Source: Takakia lepidozioides
Lineage: Eukaryota > Plantae > Bryophyta
Assembly (NCBI GenBank): GCA_030704615.1
Contig: CM060734.1
Location: 59,954,001-60,018,000, forward strand
DNA length: 64,000 nucleotides
Reading direction: 5' to 3'
Shown here one piece after another: positions 1 to 12,900 of this stretch. The notes below the pieces were generated by a model. The model had not been told where the DNA came from. It saw nothing but the letters and a program-made list of their open reading frames with translations, and searched no databases. Made by a program: the position numbers and the translations under genes. Within the stretch, counting starts at the first letter, position 1. The number at the start of each line of letters is the position of its first letter.

Positions 1-158
1 TGTGAGAAAGAGGTCAATAATGTGGTCATGGTCTGTCATAAACGCATGTGCAGTGAAATTATGTGAAATCCCATCATTGCCTACAACACTAGGATACATA
101 AGTGTGACTGATCTCTCGAGAAGGGCAGGAAGATAGAATATAGGGCAGAGGATCCAAC

Positions 159-1881
159 CTGGACAGTCTCTTCAAGATCAAATAGTCTGCTGGGTCCTCC
201 ATTTGGCAGCACCTCTCGATCTGCAGTAGCCATCACCATCTTTTCCTTCAAAACTCCATTCTCTTCACGCAATCTCAACACCTCTCCCTAACATACCAGA
301 GGAAACAAATCAGGTAAATCAAACAGAAGTTACTCCATTTTCCACAAAGCAAAACATGATTATTGTCTATTCCCAATTTTCATTGATCGAATTAACTCCA
401 AGTGTCTGCAGTTAATGTAATGCTCCAAAATTCATCACTAAAACAGCTATAGCTCATGGTCCTATTGCACATCTTCATGCATGGTAATTTAATTTCCACA
501 CCCTAGTGAACTGGCTTTTAGCTAGTTTGTCCTCAGCATTGCCCAACAACATGCCCATGCTGCTTAATTTTAGGTAGATATAAAAACAGAGGTTTACTCA
601 CAAGACAGCTGCAGGGAACCTGTTATTAAAGGCCATAAGTAAATACATTGTCTCCAGATTGCCATGGGATACAAGTGAGAATAACTTTGTGCAATCCTTC
701 CCACATTTCTCAGCATCCTAGGGGATAATCTATGATGATACCATTCATCAACTAGCAAACCTCATAAATTGCCACCCACATTTGAGAAGAGCCTAACTCA
801 CTCTAAACCCATGGCCAACCAGGGTAAATTATTCTGAAACAATCCCCTAAATGACAGTAAGTCTCAGCACCATATAAGGAGCAACCTGAATAATGAGTTG
901 CCAACTCTCAGATTTTACTCTCAGCCCCAATCAGTTTGCAGAGTCTCAGAAACATCATGCTCAAACCTTAGAAAACCTAAAAACTCATGATAAGAGGCAG
1001 GAACTGTCAGATCTTGTGGTATGCAGATGCAAGTTCACCCCCAAATAAGTACTGAAGGCTCTACAGGTGTGTAAAGAGTAGATGAGGCAATTAAGGGAAC
1101 ATGAGCTTGCCTCTCTCTCTTTGAGAAGGGCAACATAGTTCATTGACATGGCTTGAATGTCTGATTCTGCAGTTTGAAGCCGATTGACTTCGCTCTTATA
1201 CCATTCCAACTGCATATGCAAGGGAGAAGAGTCAGATGGAAGCTAGACTGCTCAGACTTTGTCAAAGTGTATACAAGTCGCTGAAAATCACTGCATTTCC
1301 AATTGTCAGAAAACATAGACTCAACAGGGAAATTCCTAATGTTGAACCTGAGGCCACACCTGAAAGACAAGTTTTAGCTGTCATCAGAGTCCATGCTCAG
1401 CACTCCAGAGCCCTTAACTGTACCCCTCGTTGTGATTTATATACACAGTTCGTTTCAAGAGTTCTCACTAAGGAGTACTCTTCAGCACTGCCAAGAAAGA
1501 AAGTGACTCCTTTCGAGAACTAGAATGGCTGTAAACGTGCTCCTCACGTAAATGCAAGACAAATATTCAAGTGGAAGGTACCTCAGCCTACAAAACAGCA
1601 TTTGCCTTATATTTCGCAGGGTAAATGCTGTACTTTTGCATGTAAATGACAGTACACATGCGTATCAAATGCGCTGAAGTATATACCTCGGCCTTGAGAT
1701 TTGGTCCATCGTCATAATTCGAATTGCGACGCCGAGACGGTCGATGCGAGCCATTAGCAGATGCATCATCATCAGAGTCATCGTGTGATTGAGCCTCAAG
1801 TTCAAGTTCCTCTTGAGTGTCCAGAACATCCGAAGCAATCTGCGACAGATTGTCCTTGAAAACTTGCAAGTTCTTCCACAT
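159..1881 (-). CDS. Golgin candidate 3/4-like coiled-coil protein, 5' exons only (about 1881-1687, 1209-1111, 287-159); continues beyond the window start
   Basis: Spliced translation MWKNLQVFKDNLSQIASDV...AE/LEWYKSEVNRLQTAESDIQAMSMNYVALLKERE/GEVLRLREENGVLKEK resembles the N-terminus of plant GC3/GC4 golgins as I recall it. Splice sites read by eye; the second donor is GC. Confidence 0.7.
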
Positions 1882-3204
1882 CGTGACCCCGCGGCAATAA
1901 CTCAGATTGTAAGAACCGATCGGCGAACATCCCACGCACACAGGGCTAAAAACCCGCTTCTCTGCAGGACCAGATCTGGTGCCCTAAATGCTGAAAATGA
2001 GCAACACTCTGGAAAGAACAGCAAGTTGCCTATTTGACAAGGAACAATGCAGACAACATGAGCGCAGGGGTGAAGGCATTCTGAGATCCGATCGCAGAGC
2101 TACAAAACAAGACCACCACACCTCGCTCCTCTCTCTCTCTCCCTCTCTCTGTCTCTCTTTCCCTGCAACACCCTGCGTGCATGGTAACTTTCCACCAATA
2201 ACTTACTGCGGTAGAACTGCGCATCATTATTGAAGTTCCTAGCATCTGAGCTTTTTTATTTTTTATTTTTTTAATAAATAAATCCAAAGGCCCAGACGGA
2301 CGGAGGCCCTTCAGTCTGGGAATTTAAAAAAAAGCGCGAGTGGCTACAGAGTTTGGCAGAAAAAATAGCCATACATTATGTTCATCCATTTAAATTAGGA
2401 AAGAATCATCCATTTCCGTACATAAATCCATTTATATCATCCATATTGGCGAATTCATCCATAAGTTTTTTTCATTTGGAGAAATTTGGCGATTTCATCC
2501 ACGAAAAAACAGGGAATTTTCGACAGAATATTTCCTATTTTTTCTGAGGTCGAAAATTGGCGAAAAATTAAAATTAAAATTAAAATAATTTAAAAAAAAT
2601 CGCCAGCAAAATTAACGCTGCAAGTTCAGTTGAGATCATTAAAGTTTTTTAAGAAAAACATATTAAAAAGGAGGCATGGGAAAGATAACCATGTGAGAGG
2701 CCTATAAGTCCATAAGGGGTCATCAGAAGCTGATGGTCTGAGCTTAATCACGGTTAGCTAACTAATTTCCGTTAAAATTAACTATATTATTGACGGAAGG
2801 AGTGTGCGAGGTGTGGATTTGAACCCACGGCCAGCACCGGATTGGCAATCATACGTGGTTTGCGGGTCGGGGTTCGAACCTCACATCTGCAGCGTTGTCG
2901 TTTCAGATTCGTAGAATGAGGAGTTTATGGTGTCGTATAAAAACCCTGTCCCAAACCCCGCTCTTTGAGAGCTGAGCGAAGAAGAAGGCGAGGCACAGTG
3001 TGCACAGAATGTGAGTCTGTGAATTTGGCTACTGGGACTAGGGCATTTGTAGAAGCCGAGCTTTCGTCTGGAATTCTGCCTCGTTTGATGTGGTTTCTGT
3101 AGGATTTGGTGGAATCTAGGGATTGAAAGCAAGGATCCATAGATTGAGAGCGTAAAGGCACAGACGCTGCAAACAGAGCTGCGTGTTTTGCTTGTGGAGG
3201 ACAG

Positions 3205-6200
3205 ATGTCGTTGACGTCGGTGAAGGTGACGGAGGAGGTGTGGCTCACATGTCTCACGCATGCTCTCTCCACCGAAACCGAAGAAATCATGGGACTTTTG
3301 CTGGGGGATATCGAGGCATGCAAGCTTCACTCTCTAACTTCTCATCCATGTCTCTGTTACACGGTTTTTGGACAAGAGTATGTCTGGAGATAGTGGTCTT
3401 GTCTATGTTGTCTCGGGCAATTAGGGCCGTCAGTGTACATATAGAGTATTAAGTAATTGAAGGAACTCTGATTACGCCTAAAGCAGCATTGCCGTTGCCG
3501 TTGGCTGGCATGATGAAGACTGGATCCGATGAGATTGAAAGCAGGGCAGTGAGGTAGGCAGATCACTGGACAACTAAGTGCGGGAGATTTTTCGAAGCAA
3601 TCGTAACCAGTCTTATATTGCATAGTGCAACTTCACCCACAGCTTCTGTCTGCATGCAAGCTGAAGTTGATAAAAGGACCATTTGGAATGAATATGCCGC
3701 CTAGAGAATTCTTCGGCTAGAAAACGTTTAAAAGAGGGTAATGTGATCTAGGACCATCTTGAATGGTAATCTGGCCAATTGTGTGGAAATGCAATGAATT
3801 TCACTCGAAGATCTTGTCTAAGGTTCGATAAAATAGAACTGTGACTGATCGCATGGTACCTCGATACACCCTATCTCGACTTGCGATGTGTGTGTCCATC
3901 ACTTTCAGTCATCTGTTGGAATCAGTTTTTCCTTCACTTCATTTTGCACAACGCTCTGACAACGTTATGGTGTGAGATACATGATTGAGGTAAAGTTGAT
4001 AAGTTGCTACGCGTTTGTAACAGTATAAGAACAATGGCTGGGTGACTGCACACGTATGGGCAGCTGCCCCACAGACACGATCAGACCGCCGCAAGGATCG
4101 TGTTGAAACAAAGCCTGAGCAACTTGCTGCCGCATCTGCCCAAGCAGACATATCCACCTTCAATACCTTCTACCAATCTAGTTCACATTTAATGCTGTCA
4201 CCTTTGTTTAGTGAGCTGAGAGAGATACAGAAATTAAGTCCATCAGATATTTCCCGTTGGACCTGGTACATGTGTCATGATATGCCGGGCAAAAAGTGGA
4301 GATCTCTTAATGTCCTCCAGAATTGGCATGCAGTAAATGTTGTTGCTCTGGTATCAACCTCCATGTTGGGAGACCTGTCTCTCAAGTCCTTACAGTCCCC
4401 TGTGTACTAGGTGAAGAGATGCGACAATGAAAGAAATCAGAGAAGTGACAAGGGCTTTTCAAGAAGATTTATGTGCATCTTTTTGTTTTGAATTTTGCTT
4501 CTCAGTGATTGTCATTAATGAAGTCATTGTTAGAAGGGTGCAATGCATTTACAAATATGTTGTGCTTGGTGGTGATCAACTTAACTACGCAGCACAGAAT
4601 GACTGCTGAAACAGGAAAGACTACAAGAGTGATAGGCTGGTACCATTCCCATCCCCATATTACAGTCATGCCATCGCATGTTGGTAAGATAACTTGATAT
4701 AGCCTCTTTCTCATTGGTTTTGTATTGGATTGAGACTTGTACTGATGACATGCTGATCTCTCTCTGCTGTACATTTCTTCTGGGCATTATTGCCACAGGC
4801 CCTCCCTCAATGCATTTTCTGGTTGCAACAGCATGTGATCATCCTAACTTTTGCAAGTTTCCTTAAAGCATGAATGGCTTCCCTGCTTGCTCTGGCTGGT
4901 GTTAAGAGGATGGTGCAGTCATGTTTAGTTGACAGTTCAATGATGGAGCAAATTGCAAACAACAGATATAGCCTACTATCATGGATAATTCAAATTGCCG
5001 TCCTGACCAGAGGCAGCTAAACCTTGCAGGGTTTCCAAAGTGTGAAACTGTTTGCCTCTGGGTAGGTAAGTTGTCCCAATGTGATCAATCTGTCTAAACC
5101 TTCATCCTGATGGACAATCTGAAGTTGGAAAAGAGTCAGGTCTTGGTAAAAGTTGCTTACATGAGCAAGCTGTGGTGTGGATAGACGTGCGGACGCAGGG
5201 AATGTACCAGTTAATGGATGAAGGCTTTGTTGGGCTCATATTCTCTTGTTTCAGTGAAGATTCCAGTAAGGTCAGGTATTTGTTTTAATGTGACCTATTT
5301 CTGTCTTTAGATCACTCTCACAAATGGGCATGCTGTTGAGGTTGCCGTAGAAGCAACATGTTCTGTGGTGTTTGTATCTGTTTTAATTGAGTACTTTCGC
5401 TCTTCTGGCTTGACAATATCTGGCCATGGTTGAGATGCCTGAGAGTAAGTTCTACTATCTCTTCTTGAGAGCCATGAAGCAGGGCTTCGGTGCCTGCGTT
5501 CTTATGCTGAGATTATATTGCTGGTGCTTCCTAGCAGGTCGGAAGAATACAAGCAATTGCATTTCAGTCTCAGGATGGACGGCACAGGAATGCAACTCGT
5601 GGGGCTGCTCGTTTGGGATCTGCCATCAGTCCTGTATCTGATTCTGGAGGGGGTGATGGCAGGATGGCCACTACAAGTTCTAGCTTCAGACAATTGGATA
5701 ATGATGACATTGAGATTACAAACCTACCTTTGAGTGCAAAGGTAAAAGATGTCTTGTTATTCTTGTCCTCCGATCAGAATAGATTCTTTGGGTTGGTCTG
5801 GCTGGCAAAGGTAACCTGAGTACTTGTCAATCAGTAATAAACTAAGACTTCCCTTTTCTCCATATGGTTTTTGATGTTTGGTAATGCTTGTTGGAATGTA
5901 TTATTGAATGGCATCCATACCCAAAAATTGTTGTGCTGTGGAAGGATGTTGCATTGAATACTCCCTATCTTCAGCATGGTTTTTGGCAGACACACTGATA
6001 GCAGAAAGGAATTTTCCTTGGTGGGTTTTGTCAGACAGGTGTGGCTAGCAGTTCAGCTCTGGAAGACTTGTTTGCAATGGCAGATAAGGATCCAGTCAGA
6101 GATGGAGCTGGGGCTGATTCTCCTGCAAAGACTATATCAGGGGAGGAGGATTCTTTGGGCTTGCAAGAGGCTATGCATCTGTCAAGTCTTGATCTGAGGT

Positions 6201-8284
6201 TGTCAAGCTCTACCTGATAAGCTTGAGTAATCTTTGGCCTGAACACGAGCTAGATCTGAGGTCGAAAATTATTACTCAATAACCAAGTTTATACTCTACC
6301 TATTGTTACAGGACCATGCCTGTTGCATTGAAATGCTCTAATAATGATTGGTTTCTTAGGGTTCTGTTCTTTATACTGAAGCCCTGTGGATGTTGCTAGT
6401 TACAATTACACAGCAGTTTGACCAGAGGAGTTTTTGTTGTGGGGTTTGCAGGGATGCAGAGTTTGTGAGAAAAGAGGTCCCCCTAGAGGTAGTTCCTGGC
6501 CACTCCCTGGCACACGTCACTTTCTCCCTGAGCCCATTGGTGGACCTGCAGCGAATTCTGTTTGCAGAAGAGCAGACTGCCTACAACCAAGCCATGACGC
6601 AATGTACCAACAGGTGATTACTCCTTTCATGATGTGTTAGTGTGGTAGCTGTTAGTAAGGGACCTCTCAGTTGGCAGACCACCTGCTCAGAGGATGGGAT
6701 GTGATAAATGGTTGGACTTTTGTAGAAGCTAGTTGACCTACTTGTGCTAACTTCTCTACACTGTTAGTACATTTTTAAAATGGTTATCAATTCACTGGGT
6801 TTCAGTAATACAAGGTGATTTGGGCTTTGGGATGGGTCCTAGTGTTCAACTGATGCTCTCATGGAGGCCTACTCCATACTTCCTCTTTTTGAAAGTGACA
6901 GTTAACATCCTGAAGTTCATTGTGTAATCTGTTTAGGAAGGGGGAGGTACATCCGTTGGCAGCCATCCATCATGCATCAACTTATCAGGCTTCACTAACA
7001 AAGCTTCTGGAATACTGGTGGGTAAGCATGTGCAAGTGCCGAGCATTTTTCTTTCCTCAACCATTGTGTTTTGCAAGTTTTGCTCTATCTCTCTCTCTCT
7101 TTCTCTTTCTGTGGTTCCTTTATTCTTTCTGTCTGTCTCTTGAGTGACATTTGGAATGTCTTGAGCCAGTCTTTTCAGGTGTTCTTTGTTTATAGGATTA
7201 TTCGAGGGGGAATGGTTGAGCCTATGAGAGTGTGCATCTTTATTCTGACTAGGCCTGTGCCAGTGATGAAGAAAATGTGCTTCCACGACATCAGGGTAAA
7301 TTTTGATACTGGGGTGTGCACAGAATATGTAGCAGCAGTCGTTTCTTTTTCTATATCTTGTCCATAGTGCCACCCGTTAAGTTGCAGTAGTGGTTAAGAG
7401 GCTTTGAATTTGCTTATGAGAGTTTGCTTTGCAATTCCTGTGCAGTTTGTGTCCTGTACTCACTTCACTTTGGGACCGACTTCAGCAGAATAAATTGAGG
7501 GTAAGTTCCAGATCTCTGTTAAGGTACCACTTTTGTGGTTAGACTACAAATGCACAATTTTCTATTTTGTCGCTAGTTTTTTACTCTTCTGGAGGAAAGG
7601 GCAAACTGATGTTCAGAACTAGAAAGAACCTGAGCTAGCTATGGTAGGTTAATGGTTCTCTACAGAGGAAGGGCCATGAGACTCCCCATTCCACCCTGTT
7701 TTGGTCTTTCACTGCCCTGACTGTAAATGACTCGTCACTGCATCCTATTGGACTTTATGAATTGTTCTGGGACAGAAGTAATATGAGTCAAGATCTGCAG
7801 CCTATAACCTTCAGTCAGATATGATGGTGGCCCTACCTTGAACAGTTCGACAATTCTGTAACCAGGTTCCTCATCAGCTGTGGACTGCAATATTGGGGAG
7901 TGTTTTTTTAGTCTGGCAGTTGAAAATCCCACAACTGGCTGCAGGAAACTTAGTCTGCCAAAGATGATGGGCATACCTAGGAGTAAATTTCTACCTTTTT
8001 GTCTGGTGTGTGTCTTTTGGCAGTTGGCACTCCTGCAAGATGAAGCAGCAGCACTGCAATTACAGCAACTGGCTTCAAGCACTCGTGGGAGTCCTAGCAC
8101 ACCAGTACATGGTGTAAGGCGAGTGCCACATGGAGGTGTGTATGGAATGGCTCTTGAACGGAGGCCAGGCGTCGGTCTTTTGTCACCCTCTGTGAAAAAG
8201 AGCAACAGTGGTGGTTCTCAAAGTGGCCATAAGGGCTCTCCCGAACAGAAGGGCATTGTGGAGCCCAATTTTATCAGCTACTGA
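3205..8284 (+). CDS. BRCC36: BRCC36-like Lys63-specific JAMM/MPN+ deubiquitinase; about 10 exons (3205-3315, 4024-4149, 4596-4683, 5185-5270, 5538-5741, ~6039-6198, 6452-6613, 6937-7017, 7446-7500, 8024-8284)
   Basis: WLTCLTHALSTETEEIMGLLLGDIE, RSDRRKDRVE, JAMM motif VIGWYHSHPHITVMPSHVDVRTQ and GLIFSCFSED...VGRIQAIAFQ match plant BRCC36. The exons join in frame. Confidence 0.93.
4150..4595 (+). other. U12-type (minor spliceosome) AT-AC intron of BRCC36
   Basis: 5' end ATATCCAC, branch-like CAACTTAAC about 10 nt before a terminal AC. Splicing here gives the conserved ...SAQAD|RMT... junction in frame, and no GT donor is present at this position. Confidence 0.85.
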
Positions 8285-9554
8285 TCTGTGCTCATCTAGT
8301 AGATTCCTTGAATTTTGATACAAAGTAGCAAAAGCCATTGTGAAGGATTTTTGACAGAATCAACTGTGATGTATTATTTATGTGGTCGAGTGTTGAATTT
8401 TTGTAAGGATACTATCCCACAACAAGCTGAAGTCTGCTATAGATCTATCTGAAGTCACAGCCATGGAGGAGATACCCCCAAGCTCAAGAATCAAGTAAAT
8501 AGCTATGCTGTGCAGGGCATTCAAATGAAGAGGTGGCTGCCCACTATGCACAGGTGAGTTTACCCGTCTGGGATATAGCATCAAACTTACATGTTATTGG
8601 GCACAATGTTGAAGGTGGGAAAATATAGATTGCAAATAGTGAACTGGTAGTGGTAAGCATTGAAAAGATCTAGACCAAAGAAGCTGGGATTGCACATTAA
8701 TATGGAAGGTGGGGGAAAATAGCTGACAGATAGTGAACCAGAGGTGCCGGAAAGCATTGAAATGACTAAACTTCTTTACTTATGCGCAGATGAAGATAGG
8801 ATTGCCCGGTAATGTTGCATGCACATTGAAATAAAAGTTGGCCCCATTGTACTGTGATGAAGTAAACTGCACCCAGGGTCTACGGCCACATGATTGCGAA
8901 CTCCAATTTCAATTTGTGAGGAAGACTGCAGATGCCACAATCCCGCCCAGATAATGTTTTTGAAGTATCTTCATTCAAACTAGGCCAAAAACTGTGATAT
9001 CTTTAACAACATACTCACCAGCTGCCATGCATTTCTGCTTAGATATTCAGTAAGAATAGTCGACCTTCAAGCCAATATGGCAAGCATCCCTGCCAGTCAC
9101 TTCTGACAAGAATGCAGAACTGGTGAAGCACAGGAGCAGCAAGTCGCTGCAGCCTCGCGAAGACTGAACCGTAACTTTGTGCACAGGCTAAGCTCACAAT
9201 ATGCTCGCCTCAGACAAAAGTAATACCAGACCCAACCAAGGCCTGCCCTTCCTCTGATGAAAACAGCCATGTCTAGTAGCTCTCTGAGAGAGTGGTAATA
9301 CCAGACAGTTGAGAGACAGTCTCAAGTATGCATTAGCAGTCTACTTCAGAGCTAACTGCAAACCAGCCCCCTCTGATGATGGGCCCAAATCGCCTCCATC
9401 TGCTTACGAAACCCAACCTGGAGAATGTTAGAGCTTTGTATGCAAGCCTGCAATAATCAAGGAGTTTCTTACAGATAATGATGTGCCACAAACAGTAACA
9501 AGCCTTGGCTTGAGCAGGGCAGCCATTCTTTTATTGGCGATTTATCGCCAAATT

Positions 9555-9696
9555 TTGACCTTGCATAGGTCCTGACGACAGGGGTTAAGGGAAATGAGGT
9601 TAAATCTGATCTGGTGGGCCCATCTTGACCTCGCATAGGTCCTGTCGACAGGGGTTAAGGGAAATGAGGTTAAATCTGATCTGGTGGGCCCATCTT
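9555..9696. repeat. Tandem duplication, 2 x 70 bp
   Basis: TTGACCTYGCATAGGTCCTGWCGACAGGGGTTAAGGGAAATGAGGTTAAATCTGATCTGGTGGGCCCATC occurs twice head-to-tail with 2 mismatches. Confidence 0.9.
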
Positions 9697-9949
9697 TCGC
9701 CAGAGGGTCTGCAAGAGGGAGCCACCTGTTGCCATTCTGGAGGGAGGGCCGTTAGAACAGAGAGTCCAGATCCTATATTATTGCCATTTATTTCGAGTCT
9801 GCACTTTGTATCATCGCAATACATGCTCCAATTAGGTTCTCATGGATGTCACTCGCGCCACAATGTAAATAGCTTAAGAGAAACGTTGCAGCAGGGTGCC
9901 TTTCAAGCAGAATATTGTCCGGTTGTTGATTGACCTGTGTATGGGCTGA

Positions 9950-12900
9950 CTACCGGAACTCATCATGGAAGTAGTCGCTTTCCTCATGGTCATAAGCAGT
10001 GCTGTAGAAGACATATGGATGATTCAGCATCTCTTCGAGTGTCAGTCGCTTGTCCTTATTCTCATCAGCCTGTACAGGGGCCACCCACTTAACCTCAACT
10101 CGCAAATCGATGAGCAGAGCAGCCATGCTTTGCAGTACGTTACCTGATCTAAGCCTTTCTGGGAAATGAAAACAGTTGACCCTGCTATTGATTTGTTCTC
10201 TAGTGACACTTGAACTGTCAAAGGACTGCTTGCTCAAGGCTCCACTACTTAACATAGTGACAGAATAGCACCAAACCAATCAGATACAGAGAATGGAGCA
10301 AGTCAGTAAAGAACAATGATAGGTACCTGAGACATCAAGTGCTCAGCTTGCTGCTTGGCATAGAAAGCCTCTCCCGGATGCAGCTTTTTCAAAATTGGCT
10401 CAATCTCTTCTTCTGTCAAAACACTGCACATCATCCACAAGTTTCCATTTAAAAGGACTCACCCTTCACCACTTTCTTGTGTAGAAAATTCCAACTGATT
10501 CTTATTCCTGGAAGATTACCAAATTACCTTACGCACCATTGACGTGCTTTCTACTCGGCCATAACCAGCCATGTCAAAGCAATAAAACTCTGCATGATCT
10601 GGGACAAAACTTCACTCTTTTTCAGACTTCAAATTCCTTGCACAAAACCCGGTAGAAAGAACACGGTGAGAGAGATGCTGCAGCGACACCAGTCGAGGAA
10701 TTCATAGCCAGTTAAGCTGGGGTTGAGATCACAACAAGTACTGAACCAAATAATCATCTGAGGAGGGGAGAAGGAACAATCTGACAAGTTTGGACATAAA
10801 AAAAACAGGATTGTCCTCAGAGAGCTTACCCATCCTGGTTCGTATCAAGCTCAGTAAATCTTGCTTTGGACAGGGTTTGCTTCTTGGATTCAACATCACG
10901 TACTGGGTGCAAATGATCGGATTCTGCCATGCCATCTTCTACTTCATAGTCACGAATGACATCAAACACACTATTGTGAAACTCCTGCAGATTAAGCTTT
11001 CCATCATTATTTGAGTCGCGCAGTCTGCACAGCACAATCCAAGATACACCATTCATTTTAGACACTGAAAACTGGACCAGCAAACCAATCAATTTGAATT
11101 GTGAAGTCTGTAATCATCTTATATTGACTGACATCATAAGAGCATGTTTACAAGCTAGTATAATTTGTGAGAGGAATATTACCGGATCTGTTCCTCACGT
11201 AGCCACTTTCGGAGCTTTGGGTTATCACTATCCTCTGGATGTAGAAAGCTGCACAGAACCAACAACTTACTCAGCCCACTCAGGTCCAAAAAACACAAGG
11301 ACAGAAATAAAGTTATAATGTCCACAGGGGACCTGAGGGCCCATGGGAGGGAGAGAGATGGAGAGAGTCCAGCTATGGTGTAATTGGTGTGAAAAAAATA
11401 GCTGTCCAACATACACTGCTCATAGAGTAACTCTCTTAAACATCCAACAGATGGCCCAATGGTTAGGGCACAAGGCTGCCTTGCAGATGGTCGTGGGTTC
11501 AAAGCCACACGTGTGTATGTTGGATGTCAACCATTATAACCAGCCCAGTTAGAAAAAGGGGATAACTGGTCACTGGTTATTTAGTGTGTGGGTACCTGGG
11601 AACTTTCAAGTCCTTGGAGGAGGTTTGGGCAACCGGGAAGCTGTAGAGCATACATGATAGATTCCGCATGGTTGAACAAACAGGCAGGACACAGAAAAAT
11701 GACAGCATGGATTTCCTTAATTCTGGGATGCAACTTGTCATCTACAATGGACTTCTCCAAATCGGCGCCGACTTACAGTAATGGGGTGATTGCAGCATAC
11801 AGTGTCCATTTTTTGCTGTCACAGCACTGGAACATCTTGCACATGGCCATTTGTACTGCTAGAGATTGTACTCATAAGACGTTGTTTGCCGTAGCCTTGT
11901 GGCCATTGACCCCGCGCCCAGTTTGAGCGGGAACAAAAGGGACAGAACCTACCTCTGTCAGGGGCTGACGTTGGTAGTAAGACTTACCTTCATATATAGA
12001 ATTAATCCGGGTTTTCCAGATATCCTCTAGAAATCCCTTCACACAAGCATCAATCTGCTGTGTGTGATTTGCCCAAAAACTAGGCCTCAGGAGGGCCTGG
12101 GCTTTTGGCTCAGCCTCGAGACTTTCAAAGTTGGTAAACAGGGGTACAGGCACAATTCCCTTAATAGATTTGAAGAGAGCGTCTCTTTGGTGAGAGAACC
12201 CCGGACAGTGTATCAGAAAATGAATACTGTCTTCAGATTGCCCACACAACGGGCAATTGCACTCTCCCTTTCCTCTCTGCTTCTGTTTGCTGTTCAAAGG
12301 TAGGCTTCCTGCCCTGAGTTTAAATTTCAGTCTAGTGCCGAGAGTGGGTAGACCCTTGAGGTCATCCAAGATGTCCTCCCCCATGTCACAGACTGGAAAC
12401 AAGTTCAGGGAAGTTTTCTGCCTAACTTCATTTTCATCAGACAATCTCATGGCAACAGACATGGCTGAGGACACTACAGCCTCTAAGTCAGATTTATCCA
12501 GCAGGGTCAAGACTTGCGGATCCAGGTCCAGGTCCTTGAGGATCTCTTCTACTCTCTTTCTGCCAGGACTTAGCCTGTTTGACAGGGCGGTCCTGTTTCC
12601 AAGATATATTCGATTAACTTAGGATATCTGGTGTTGGGCATATGTTGCAGCTGACCCCACCATCTGACCTTGAATTCATCTCGTCGGGAGCTTAAGGACA
12701 GAATGCCAAACTCACCCCGAACAGCCACATTGGCTGTTTTGGAGCATGCTGACATACACTCCTTAAGCACCCCCACTTGAATGGATTCTAGAGACTTAGC
12801 CTGGTTGGAGTTATCAACCATATAGCAGATCCGTACTCCAAGGCAGGTCTAATAACGCGACAAAGCATGGTTTTCTTAACCTCAGTGTTGACCCCTCTGC

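Noticed and set aside
2805-2890. Functional tRNA gene
   Set aside because: No A-box/D-arm, a broken T-stem and no definable anticodon arm. The segments at 11440-11527 and 41625-41695 are likewise degenerate.
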